A DNA stretch of 36,080 nucleotides from Reclinomonas americana ATCC 50394 (GCA_048213135.1 PS015543.1:1-36080); one strand, 5' to 3'. Counted from the stretch's first letter, positions 12,901 to 24,110 are shown. Numbers and translations: made by a program. The notes: generated from the letters alone by a model not told the origin.

Positions 12901-13971
12901 AGATCTTGAGCGAGATTCTCGACTTTGACCGCACGCACGATCTCGTTCTCAACCCCAAGGTGCGCCGTGTTCTCATTATAGTCACTCTGTGTCTCAGTTG
13001 CCTGAACCTACACTGTAGCGCTTCCTCAAACCGTGGCGCTCCATTGCATTGGATCCGCTGGACGCACGCCATTCTCCACTTCCGGCCTCCACCGAGCTTG
13101 CCACCGGTCCACCCGGTACTCTCCTGCAAGTGCGCCAGCCGCGCACGCCACTGATACCGCCGGTGGGTGGCACTCCGCACCCGCGACCCACGGTCAAGTT
13201 CGTCACCCCGCCCCCGGAACCGGCAGTCGATCACAGTGCGCAGCTGTCGGCCGCGTCGAGTCGCAATCCGGCCAGCATGCCATCACCGTGGCTGCACAAC
13301 GATGGTCGCTCCAGTGCTCCGCGCACGCCGTCGACCGACGGCGCACCACCGATGGATCTGGACGAGCTGCAGGAGACGCCAGCCAAGGAGGGACAGGGCT
13401 CGGCGCCACCGTCGCCGACCAAGGTGTCGTTCCTGTCACCGACACGACGCACGCCGAGTACACGCGAGGTGATGGCCAGCATCAACGCATCGTCGCAAGA
13501 TGTGCAGGACTTTTTGCGGCCGCCCACCACGCGACCGATCAAGCCGATGCACGCACCTCTGGCGCCGGCCCTCTCGCCCGTGATTTCACTGTCGCCACTG
13601 GATGTGGTTCGCGACACGCGTACCAGTGTGCCGGAGAGTGACATGTCGGTGCGCCGCTACCACCAGGCTCGCATGACGGCCGTGCGTCTGCCGGCCGTGG
13701 ATCGCGACCGCAACGACTGGGAGCACACCCGCGGTCCATCTCCGCCCCCGCACGGGCGACCGGTGATTCGTTCCCCACCACCCGTGTCCTTTGGCGTGCA
13801 ACCGACACCTGTGAAGGAGGAGTCGCCGAGTCTCGTTTTCTCCGGCATGCGAGCTCCCACACTGAGTTGCGTCTTGCCATTCTGATCTTATGCCACAGTG
13901 TGATGTCTCACTCGCCCTACGCAGCCATGCAAGACATTGCCGCCCTCCGCAACAGCGCGGCCATGAGGTGA
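6985..13971 (+). CDS. Large protein: N-terminal coiled coil, central degenerate class III adenylyl/guanylyl cyclase-like domain (~9430-10465), Ser/Pro-rich C-terminus; about 26 introns
   Basis: ATG at 6985; frame-consistent exon chain to TGA at 13969-13971. Spliced cyclase-like segments: APSTGTVSLVCVAVENASDLWNECPGAM, CNGFMARSDAGRPVMVFRTLVDAMNFCLRTQLAHVAAEWPEPIL, AFRGLRLRMAVHT, LTDVAFGGQIVLSS, LLVPGELAHRKF. These match the trypanosome/fungal-type cyclase pattern (PTGTVTLVFTDI..STxLWE; GLRVRMGIH; GGQI). Confidence 0.75.
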
Positions 13972-14042
13972 AATGTGTGGGGTCATGTGCAACACACGCG
14001 AAATTCAATAATCTACTGCTCTGCAATGGCGGAAGTGTCAGT

Positions 14043-14936
14043 CTAGTAATGGTTGGTGGTGGTGATGTGCCGCTTGGGTGCATCCACGGATTTGGAGCGT
14101 ACAAACAGCAGCTTGTCCACGTCGACAACAGACAGTGTGACGCCGGGATGCGCTTCGCGGAGGGCCGTGAGAATGAGGTTCCTGATGTCGGCAGCCAAGT
14201 AAGAAAGAGAGGGGGAACCACGATAGGCAGAAGAAGAAGAAGAAGAAGACGCGCAACGATGCGTGCACGGCGCACGCCAGCAATTCGACTTCAGAGTTGC
14301 TGCCGGCCACCACTTCGGTTCCGCTCTCGATCGCTGTGTGACAAGTCTCGATGAGTGTGGACTCCACACAAAAACTGTGCGCGTTTGCAAGCAGGTCACT
14401 CACACTCGGCCAGTTCAGGCGACGGTTGAAGAATGCCGCCGGCAGTGAGCAATGCTGGAATGCGCGAGCCAGCGGCGACCGTAAAGCGCTCCACCACTTC
14501 TGGGGGCCACAGTGGAAAGTCTTCCTGTGTGGTGGCATGAGCGCTGAAGTCATCAAAGGGAGGCAACGAGATACAACAATAACACAACTGGGAGTTCCGC
14601 GGCCAGCGTCCACATGGTGCGCTGCGCCTTGAAGTAAAACGCCACACGTCGGTCCTTGTACTCGACCTCGTCGTTCCACGCCGGTGCGAGCTTGACGAGA
14701 CGATCAAAGAGCTGCAGCGTCTGCGGTGGCGACGACGACATGTTGCGGAAGAAATCGTAAAAATCGCCGGCCCGAGCGGCTTTCAGAGCGCGCCCGCACT
14801 CGTTGAGGGCGCCAATCATGCGCTGACCAAAGTCGCGGAGAGGGCCCGGGTCTGACGTGTAGATTCCGGGCTGCGACGACGGAGGTCGATGAGGAANNNN
14901 NNNNNNNNNNNNNNNNCACTGTTAACTACTGCATCG

Positions 14937-14980
<44 letters not shown>

Positions 14981-15410
14981 TGATCACCAACGAGTTGTCT
15001 CAGAGCGACTGAGAACATTGCTCTCTCACTCTCTTTCTCTCTCTCTTCTCTCTCGCTCTCGCTCTCTCTCTCTCTCTTCTCTCTCACACACACGCACTTG
15101 CACCAAAAGCTCTCGGAATGCCGATCCGAACTGCAGACAGTGAAAGGTGCAGATAAAGTTGCAGTGATGCCGCGGACTCTCAAACGAGAACGGGAGTCCA
15201 CCATGCTCACGACACTGCTCAAGTTCCTCTGACAGCAAGCGAGCGAGTGAGAGAGTGAATGTGCGAGGAATCGTCAAACATACACTCAGTCACACCTGCT
15301 GTCACAGAGGCCACAAAGGCGGGGATCGCACTGGCGTCGATGTGACAGTGAGTGGCGGACTCGGCGATTTCAGCGCAGGTTGTGCGCAAGGCAACGAGCG
15401 ACTCTGCCAT
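14043..15410 (-). CDS. Queuosine salvage protein-like (Q_salvage/DUF2419, QNG1 family), divergent; part of the gene lies in the N-gap 14897-14916
   Basis: Spliced segments LRTTCAEIAESATHCHID, LPFSFESPRHHCNFICTFHCLQFGSAFR, WNDEVEYKDRRVAFYFKAQ, FTVAAGSRIPALLTAGGILQPSPEL, GSNSEVELLACAV, VDVDKLLF...KRHITTTNHY* follow the order of Qng1 motifs (NFGSG, F.D...Y.G..V.FYKRAQ, LT.FADY..P..L...G.L.YS..L, EVEIRA, D..LW, HH.T.T..Y). Confidence 0.75.
14941..15085. repeat. (CT)n/(AG)n microsatellite blocks in an intron of the QNG1-like gene
   Basis: Directly visible; lies next to an assembly gap. Confidence 0.9.
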
Positions 15411-15443
15411 TCTTCTCTCTCTCTTGTCTTTCTTGGAGGGATG

Positions 15444-15453
15444 GAGGACAACT
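15444..15453 (-). promoter_or_regulatory. AGTTGTCCTC upstream motif (candidate core-promoter/5'-end element) before the QNG1-like gene
   Basis: Exact 10-mer starting 43 nt before ATG 15410, in a 69-bp spacer; the same 10-mer precedes two other ATGs. Confidence 0.45.
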
Positions 15454-15479
15454 CGATCGATCGGAGAAATGACATCGTT

Positions 15480-15623
15480 TTACAACAACTTGGCCGCCTT
15501 GGCCGACAAGATGATGAGTTCCCGCTGACTGGCGAACTTCTTCCATGTCTTTGACTCTTTGAATCGGCTGCGTAGAGGGGATGCCAGTCAGTGTTTTTGC
15601 GAGNNNNNNNNNNNNNNNNNNNN

Positions 15624-15718
<95 letters not shown>

Positions 15719-17899
15719 GTCGCGGTGAGTCACGACGTCGCTGTGAAGAGCAACCGCCACAGTGGCCCGGACGCAACGGAGAGAGTTACACCGACGCTGC
15801 CGTCCCGCAATGTCACTTGATGGAACACACTGGCGTCTTCCTCCTCGCTCTGTGGTCTTAGTAGCGACACACCGGACGCGGACTTGATCTGCGCGAAAAT
15901 GAAAAAGTGAGGCGGTCATCACCCACGACCATCAACCCTCGCTACCCACGCACATCTCGCCACTGAATGGCAAACGCTTCGTCGCCAAGTCTCTGTACTT
16001 TCTTGCGGGCCGCGTCGACAACTGCACGAGAGGCCTGTTAACATACAAAGCCAAGACATGGCAGGATTGCTCGGTCGTCACGCACTCTCAATGGGCAAGT
16101 TGAGTGCGTGCTTGCCGTCCTCTAATACAAAGTTGTGGTACATCGACTGGCCCAGCTCGACAATGTGCGGGTCGAGGAGACCCTCGCTCGTAACGCAGCC
16201 GGGTTTCTGCAACGCCGCAGCGCCGGCGTCACGGTACGCCATCCACAGCTCGAAGAACAAGCAGTTCTGCGAAGAGGATGAGAAGCTGCGGAAGTGGGAG
16301 GAAGACAAGAACACTAGAGGCTCACCTCGGAGGAGAACTCAAGCACCAGATGCTTTCCGCGTGCACAAGCGAGGTGAGGGATGAGAGGAATCGACTCGTC
16401 GCACCACATCATCGACAACATACCTCACGGAAGATAGCGCGTGCGTCGTTGTTGGTCATTACGCCCTCGAAATCACCGTTGGGGAGAAGGGCGGCGGTGA
16501 GGCCACGTGCCTCGGTTTCGCCACTTTGTCGACCCCACTACGCGGAATGGAGGCGTACGATTAGCGAGAGGGACAGGGAGAGAGAGAGAATGGCGAAGAG
16601 AGGAACCTTCCAGTAGCCAACCAGGATCGGGAATGCCGACACAATCCACGAGACCTGCGAAGCAAGAGGTTTAGAGGAGCTGTCGACCGATATCTGTGCA
16701 GGCTTGACACTTGGCCATACCTCCACGATGCACAGCAGCACGTACCAAATGAGGGTACGCGTCGTGTGATTGTACCTAAGTCGACGAATCAATGAGCAGG
16801 TAGAAAAACGAGAGGAACGAAAAACACGATCACGCACCACGGCTGAGAGGACAGGAGAACGAGGAAAAAGACGGCGAAAATGAAAAACGCCAACATTTTG
16901 AATGTCAACTCCAGGCGCACGCTAAAAACCTGCGGGGAGCGGAGAAGGAGAGTGAGAAACGGGCGGGGAATGCGCACACGTGCAATGCAACTCGAGACGA
17001 AACATCGTGCAGGTCGCGCATGATCCACAGGAACCTGCGCATGGGAGTGAGACGAGGGAACGCAGCAGACGACCCTCACACACCCCCGCTCACTCACCAA
17101 CAGCTCCACGTCAGCGAGGCGATGACGGCGATGTCAATCATCCACAACACTACATGCGAGAAGTGATCGCACTCGCACCATTCCTCGTCGAGTACCGCCA
17201 CGCGCGCCGACCCGCCGTACGTGAGCGCGGCCTGCATGGAAGGTGAGAGAGCGAGGGAAAGAGAGGGATCTCACAACGCAACCACGCAACAATGAGCGAT
17301 ACGACCACGGAGAAGGCAAGAATAATTGCCAGCATGCGCGCCAGTCGCCCGTCAGAGAAACGTCGCCCCCTCTTAAACATGGCTTCGTGCACGGCGGCCA
17401 CCTCCTCGGGTGAGGCGTCGCCCAAGTCGGCGTTGTCGCGGGCCAAGCTGATTTCGGCTCGAGCCACGGACACACGGAAAGCAAAGTACAGTCGCAAGAC
17501 GCGCATCTGCACAACAAAAATGGGAGGAGTGAGGTGGGGTGGGGGAAGGGAAGGGGAGAGGGTGTGCGGGGCGCAACTGCTGGGCCGGTTAGCGCTGTCG
17601 GTCTGCGACGAGGAAAAGGTGAGGAATTTGACTGGGAAGCCATGCGACAGCGACGAAAAAAAAAACGCAACAGGAAGGCCAGTCCCAACATTGGGACGGT
17701 GTTGCACCAGGGATTGTCGACAAAGAGGTACACGGCGATGCCTACTTGTACCACTAAGAATGCCATCATGTAGACGACGATCAACTGCCGCGCGAAGAAT
17801 GGGTGAGGCGGGGGAGGGCAGTGAGAGAGGAGAGAGGAGTGAGCGTACCCGCGGAGATCTGGCGCGCAGGTAGGGTCGCCTCCGGTGCGCCCATGTTAG
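15480..17899 (-). CDS. 7TM-RGS protein (seven-transmembrane region fused to a regulator of G-protein signalling domain); 5' end unresolved (probably at gap 18214-18281), and one or more exons probably lie in gap 15604-15623
   Basis: Spliced: RRRPYLRARSPR, several hydrophobic helices, MRVLRLYF, MRDLHDVFSVRLEL (the D.F.IR.EL motif of 7TM-RGS proteins). The RGS domain follows: FEGVMTNNDARAIFREHLVLEFSSENCLFF...MYHNFVLEDGKHALNLP, with last exon RFKESKTWKKF...LL* (TAA at 15482-15480). Confidence 0.82.
15624..15714. repeat. Perfect (CA)n microsatellite in an intron of the 7TM-RGS gene
   Basis: Directly visible; abuts an N-gap. Confidence 0.97.
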
Positions 17900-18137
17900 C
17901 TGCGCGAGGGAGGGAAGTGAGGAGGAGGAGGAGGAGGAGGAGATGAAAGGAAAGAGAGAGGCAAAGGAGATGAAAGGAAGAGGGCAAGAGAGAGAGAGAG
18001 AGGAAGGAGGAATGCCAACCCCACATGAATGAGGAAGCCAAAAACGGGAAAGAATGAGGGACGACGAGAATGAAGAGCACAAGGACTCACAGCATGAACA
18101 AAACGAAGGAGACAGGGAAGGACGCAAGGCCACAATG

Positions 18138-18140
<3 letters not shown>

Positions 18141-18210
<70 letters not shown>
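18141..18210. repeat. (AG)n microsatellite
   Basis: Directly visible; abuts N-gap 18214-18281. Confidence 0.97.
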
Positions 18211-18213
<3 letters not shown>

Positions 18214-18330
18214 NNNNNNNNNNNNNNNNNNNNNNNNNNNNNNNNNNNNNNNNNNNNNNNNNNNNNNNNNNNNNNNNNNNNTCTCTTTGTGTGCACTGCG
18301 CAGCTCACCAACATTGATTGTCGCTTGCAG

Positions 18331-20589
18331 TCCATCAAGCAGCAGTGGCGGCGTTGACAGTTTGTCAGCGCGACGCACTGTGACACTGGCCGGGTCGCGC
18401 ATTGTGTTGCTCTCACCGCCCTCGTCATTGTCATCGTCGTCGTCGCGTCCATCGTCGGCAAGAAGCTCTGTCATGTCGCCTCCTGCGCCTCCTCCACCAC
18501 CGCTGGAGCGGCCGCTGTCGGGCAGGCGCGTCATGGACTCGATGCTGCTCAGCACGGGCGCGGACGATGTCAGTGAGAGGCTGCGTGCGTGGCGGCAGAG
18601 TGGAGGCTTTGGGAAGGGCAGTGTCACGCCGAAGCAGCGTGCAGCCAAGGTGGCGGCGGCGGCGGCAGCTGCGGCGGCCGAGGAGCACGATGAGGAGACA
18701 CCGGGGGCGTCGCCGCCACTGACTGAGCGGCTGCTCATGTATGAGCCGCCAGAGTCGCCGCCCACGTCCATGCCACCCTCGGCAGTGCGTACCGCTCTTT
18801 CTCACTCTTTCTCTCGTCATACCCACATTGTTCCGCTGCAGCGCACGATGAACAGCTTTGGGAGTGTGATGATGCAGACGGGCGATAGCAGCAGTGGCAT
18901 GCGGAAGCAGCGGTTCAAGCGGGCCGCGTTGTCGCCGCGTCCGCGATTGGCGTTTGTGCCGCCACTGGTGCGATTGCATGTCGGTGGCGCGGCGCAGATT
19001 ACCGAGGTGGAGCATGAGGTGTTGGTGGCGCAGAGTGGGAGTGGTCGCTCGACAGCGCGACGTGCCAGCTTTGCCGACGTGTCGGGAAGGCGGCCCGAGT
19101 CACCCGGCCGGTCCATCTCGCCGACGCTGGCGGAGCCTCGCAGGGCGAGTCTGTCGTCGGCCATGATGATGGAGTCGCGCCGCGGCAGTCTCTCTGCGTT
19201 GGTCATGGCGGCGGCTGTGCGGCGGTCTTCACCGTCGCCGACATCGGGTGGTGAAACCTCGTCTCGCACCTCGTCACCGGGTACTGCCGGTGGCAGTGGT
19301 CGCAGCCTGCGCTCGTCATCCATGTCGCCACGGCAACGCGTTCTCACACCACTGCAAAGACCAGCAGTTGCGCCGCCCCCCCTCCTTCACCCGCCGATGT
19401 TGCTTCTGTCGCATGTTTTATTGAATCCGTTGTGCAGAGCACGGCAGTCAAGCCCGGCTTCAACTCGACGGAGCGCAAGTTCTACCAGCGGAGTGTTGCG
19501 TCTTGTCACCCGAGTCTCCGGAGATGAGGGAGGGAGGAGGGTAAGAAGTCTCATGTGCTTGTGTGGCAGCGTGTGTACACTCGACCGCAAGCGCCGCCTG
19601 GCTGGGGAGGCGAAGAAGGTGCGCGAGGGCGTCCGCAATCGGCACCGCAGGGTCCACGGCCGGTTTCACCCGGTCCGCCACCTTTAGTTTTGTTCCTGGG
19701 AATGCGCTCCGCGTTTGCTTTATATTTTTCCTCACTGCTCTCTTTGCATCGCCAGGCCAGAGACGCATCTCCGCGACCCTCGTCTGCGGTTCGTGATCTT
19801 TGTGCGAAGCGTGTTGTTTGTCGATGACTCACCACCGTGCGCAGCGTCCGGGGTCGGCACGATACCAGCCGCGACCGATGGTTTGCCACTCCACACGTTG
19901 TGTTGTTTTCACACCTCTCCTGACTCCATGTCAATCAGAGTGCAAGCAGTCAGGGTGGCAACCGCCACGTGCATCCCGGCCACGAAGAGGAGTCGACGCC
20001 GCGGTCGTACAAGGAGTCACCGAGACGACCAGGCTTCGCCTCCACCGGCAGCATGGCGCATCAGCGACGAGATGTGCACCCGACTGGCGACTTGCTCGGC
20101 TACATTAGCTGGAGCGTGGCAGACACGCTGCCGGGCACACCGGTGCGATTCCAACATCTCTCTCTCTCTCCTTTTCTCCTTTTCCGTATGTTTGCCTGGG
20201 GTGGCATTGCCGCGTGCTGAATGCGCTTGTATGTGCACAGCGATCGCCTGCGAACCGGCCTCTCTCTGCACGTGGCGCGCCACCGAGAAAAGTGCCTGTT
20301 GTTGCGTCCCTCTGTGATTTTTCTCGTCCTGTGTACGTGTGTTACCTCGCAACCCCCACTCATGCACCCGAGCAGAAGTCGCTGCGAATCAACATCCCGC
20401 ATGTTGCGTCGACATGGCGTGCGGCGATGGTGCCTCCTGTGCTTTTCTCTCATGGCCGCTTGTGTTCCCATCTCACAGTCATCAGCGGAGGGTCAACAGG
20501 TGCCGCGTGGACGCGGTCTACTACTCCTGGCTCCCGGACACTCGCCACTCGAGGGAGGTGGCGTGCTGGTGGAGAGCCCGGCCACCTGA
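18331..20589 (+). CDS. Hypothetical Ser/Arg/Pro-rich disordered protein with repeated RPxSA motifs, 5'-partial
   Basis: Frame-consistent chain of GT-AG exons starting at acceptor 18330 and ending ESPAT* (TGA at 20587-20589). Motifs RPSSA, RPQSA, RPSSA, RPGSA, RPLSA. No folded domain recognised. Confidence 0.55.
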
Positions 20590-20625
20590 ATCAGACATGT
20601 ATATTAATTACACGCCCTACAAAAT

Positions 20626-20633
20626 CTACGCAC

Positions 20634-20676
<43 letters not shown>

Positions 20677-22763
20677 CCACGCGTTCCACTGCTCGATGGG
20701 CAGGTTGAAGGAGGACGCCAGTCGATGTCCACCGCCTCCGTACGACTTGGAGATGACTGAAGCGAATGTGCGTGAGTGACTCTTTCGAGGTCAAGGCACA
20801 CGGCGTCGCACACCTTCAGTGTTTTCCTCGCCAATGCCTCGCAGCGAAATCTTGATCATGTTCCTGTTGCGACACAGGAGTTGTGAGGCATCGTTCAAAA
20901 TACTGGAGCGTGGATACGGAGCGCAACGGAGGGAGTGACGGATCCACTGTTTGCACGACAGCAAGTGAGAACAAGGTGCAACGCGGTGTGAAGAAACAGG
21001 TGTTACACGTACGTACCGTACGCCACAACACCGATGGCACGCAAACCCATGGCTGTTGCATCGCAATGTCAGACCTCCATGCAATGCCACTTTACGAGAG
21101 ATGGAAAATCACCCACCAGCACTGCGTGAGGCAAGTTGGTTGCCGAGATCCGAACGCAGTCCGGATTGCTCGAATGGCACCTGAGTGTGGATGGTGAGGT
21201 GAGAATGCGATAGGCGGCGGAGCGCACCAACACTCGATTCACTCGCCTCCACAGCCAAGCAGCGGCCAACACTGGACGGTCCAGCACCAAGCGAGATCGT
21301 CGCAGCAGTGCCCACAATGCCGTCAATCTCCAGCTGACGACCGGTCAACTTGCTGCGGCCGGCGGCAACCAGCGCCGAGGGATCAATGCCCTGCAGCGTC
21401 TCAAAAATGCCCGGGTTCACTCGCGCGTCAAACTCCAGACCGAGTGCTGCCGCGGGAGTGAGTGGACGCACCCGTTCACGCAGCAATGAACAACATTACC
21501 AAACCTGCAAAGCCGCTTCCGAAAGCCTGCACAGGGACAAGAAAGCTAACTCAGCAAAGTAAACAAGAAGAAATCCACGGGAAAGAAGTCACCTTCCACT
21601 CCTTGTCTGCATGGCAGAGGCACAAGTCAGCGACAAACAACTCAATGCAGATCACACTCAAATATCACACGCACCACCTCCATCACGCCACAGATCACCG
21701 TCCTGCCACGCGTATCACGGGTGAGTTGTCCGCACTCTTCCACCTCGAAGATCATCATGCACGCACCTCCACCAACAAAAACGCTCGATGCAGACGCGCA
21801 GCAGCCTCCGTGCTGCCGGCCAACAACTCGGCCGACGTCTGCTGACCGCGCACATCGCTCCACTCCTCCCTCAGTCGCGCCGCAAAATAATCCCACGAGA
21901 TCGTGGCCCCACTGCGCTTCATGTCCAGATGCAACTCCACATTCGTCGGCAGCTGTCCACCCTGCGACGACACATGTCAGCAGACAACTCTCGCGACCCA
22001 CCAGAGCGGGGTACACACACACAGACACGGAACATCGGCCAGCTCCTCCGCCTCATCCAGTGCCGTCTTGTGATGATCGAGAACGACAATCTGCACGCGC
22101 GTGCGTGTGTGAGACACGTCGCTGCGAGGGCAGCAGACTCAAACGAGCGAAAACAAACCGTGCTCTTTGGCAACGCAGCCGCCAGCTCACACACAAAGCC
22201 ACGAGGTCCCATGTAGTCGCACAGGTACACTGCACACACACACACACACACCAACAGTGCGTCAATGACACACACACAGTGAATGCATTCATGACGCATG
22301 CAAAATCACCTCGCTTGGTGTGCTCCGGATGCACCGGCAACTCATTCACCTGCAAGCGACGCGTCACCTGATGCGGAACAAAGGCCACCGACTCACCACT
22401 GCGCACATACGCACAGATGAGACACACACAACGAGCGAGTGCACAACGAGACACACGCGCACGTTCGATGATGATACAGCCAGGCACCAAATGCTGCAAA
22501 GATACCATCAACGCACTGCACATGCCAGTGAGCACACACATGGGCGAGCACGCACACAGTGATTGACACACACGCAACGGGATAATGATAGAGCACCACA
22601 GTGCTGCTGAACGATTGCTGCTCAGCTGCGAGCGCGGAAGAGTCAGAAACACTCACTCACAAAGAGAGAGAGAGAGACACACACACACACCATGCATCGC
22701 CACTGCCACCGACGATGTCATGTACAGACACAGAGGGGCCGCCCTGGCCAAGTAGCGCATCAT
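20626..22763 (-). CDS. DHH-family phosphoesterase with C-terminal DHHA1 domain (NrnB-like / plant-type uncharacterised DHHA1 protein), possible mitochondrial presequence
   Basis: Spliced motifs VLYHYPCVDGIFAA, VYLCDYMGPRGFV, IVVLDHHKTA (DHH), LDMKRSGATISWDYF, VEDGDLWR, LRSDLGNQLA, IKISLRG, SKSYGGGGHRLASSF (DHHA1 GGGH). Stop TAG at 20628-20626. Start MMRYLARAAPL at 22763 (alternative ATG near 22721). Confidence 0.88.
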
Positions 22764-22780
22764 GTTGCAACGAAGAGAGC

Positions 22781-22790
22781 AGTTGTCCTC
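22781..22790 (+). promoter_or_regulatory. AGTTGTCCTC upstream motif before the HIT-like gene
   Basis: Exact 10-mer starting 48 nt before ATG 22829, inside a 65-bp divergent spacer. Confidence 0.45.
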
Positions 22791-22828
22791 TCGCGTTGTG
22801 TCGTCCCCCTCATTTTTCCGACATAACA

Positions 22829-24110
22829 ATGAGAGCGTTGGTGGCACTCACCTGTGGCGCCAGTCTGCTGATGCTGACGACACAGCATCGCCAGCGTTCA
22901 CTGACGATGCATGCTGCCACGCAAGAGGCACAACTCGTGTCGCGACAAGACGCGGCTCGTGTGCTGCAGTCGTGCGTGCGACCTGTGTGCACGCTGCTGC
23001 CCGCTGACAACGAGCGTCTGCCGTTCGTTCTTGAGTACATTTGTGGTGTGCGTCGTCCGCACTTGATTGTGGTGCCGGTGGACCACGACAGCATGCGTTG
23101 CGTCTCTTCGTCGCGATTGTCAAGGTGGGTGCAAGACTGAGCGTCGCTCGCTCGCAGCCACCGATCTGTGTGAGAGCGAGTGGTCGCTGCAGGTGCGTCT
23201 CTGGGAGACGGTGCAGCGGACGGTGCAGGCGGTGCGACAGCGTGGAGCTCGAGGCACGGTCAAGGTGTCGTTCCATCAGGGGTCGTGGCGAACGTGTGAC
23301 TGGATGCACGTGCATGTGGTGCTGCGGACGAGCGAGTACGTCTCGCTGCTGCAGCAAGATAGCAAGGAAAACGACAGAAAGGTGGATGTGGCGTTCTGGC
23401 AACAGTTTGACGAGCGACTCCTTGCTCGCAGTCTCTCGTACCGCGAGGCCGATAGTGCAGAGGCGGCACAGGTGCAGTGCACGGGCTCATGCCCGCCTGT
23501 TTCTGGCGAGCGCTTCCGTCTCTTCGACGACGCGGACGTGCAACGTGAGTTGAAGCGGCTGCAGCAGCCGGAGCGCGACAGCAACAACAACAACAACACC
23601 CACCCACGCATCCACCCGTCTGCTCTACCCCAGGTCTCCCCTCGTGCACTCGCTGTGCATGTTCGTGTGTTGCGTGAGCTGACTCGACGCATGCGCAGTT
23701 GCAGATGGCGGCGAACTCGGCCGTGGAGGTGACACTCGACGACACACTGGCTCGAGTGCACTTTACCATTCCTCACGACGACAACAACAACAACGACGAC
23801 GACGTGGATTTTGTCAGCCAATGCGGCCGCTTGTACCTGTGCATGATGCTGTTCTATGGCGCCAAGAGACTCCGCGATGCGCACTTGGTGTTGGTGTTTG
23901 ACGGTGAGTTCATTCTCTCCTACGCCCCGTCACTTGCTCGATGACAAGCACTGAGCCGCACACCCTTTTTGCTGATCAGATGCGTCGACGCCGAAATGCA
24001 CGCACGGCTATGTGCGGCTTGCGCCTGCCGAGTACGTCTGTGTCCATCCGCATCGCGACAATTGGCTTGAGTCGTACCGACACGCCGCGGATCCCACCAT
24101 TGACACGTGA
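22829..24110 (+). CDS. Hypothetical protein with a HIT-like (histidine triad) nucleotide-hydrolase signature; 3 introns
   Basis: Spliced ORF from ATG 22829 to TGA 24108-24110. RPHLIVVPVDH resembles the HIT H-phi-phi-phi-phi-P-x-x-H motif, and FHQGSWRTCDWMHVHVV resembles the triad with the first His replaced by Trp. Confidence 0.55.

Noticed and set aside
15624-15714. Dinucleotide repeats as CRISPR, telomeric or mobile-element sequence
   Set aside because: Simple microsatellites without spacers, terminal repeats or a transposase.
20591-20794. Apparent polyQ (minus) or poly-Leu/Cys (plus) ORFs from a CAG/CTG run
   Set aside because: The run encodes the poly-Ser tail of the DHHA1 protein in the third minus frame.
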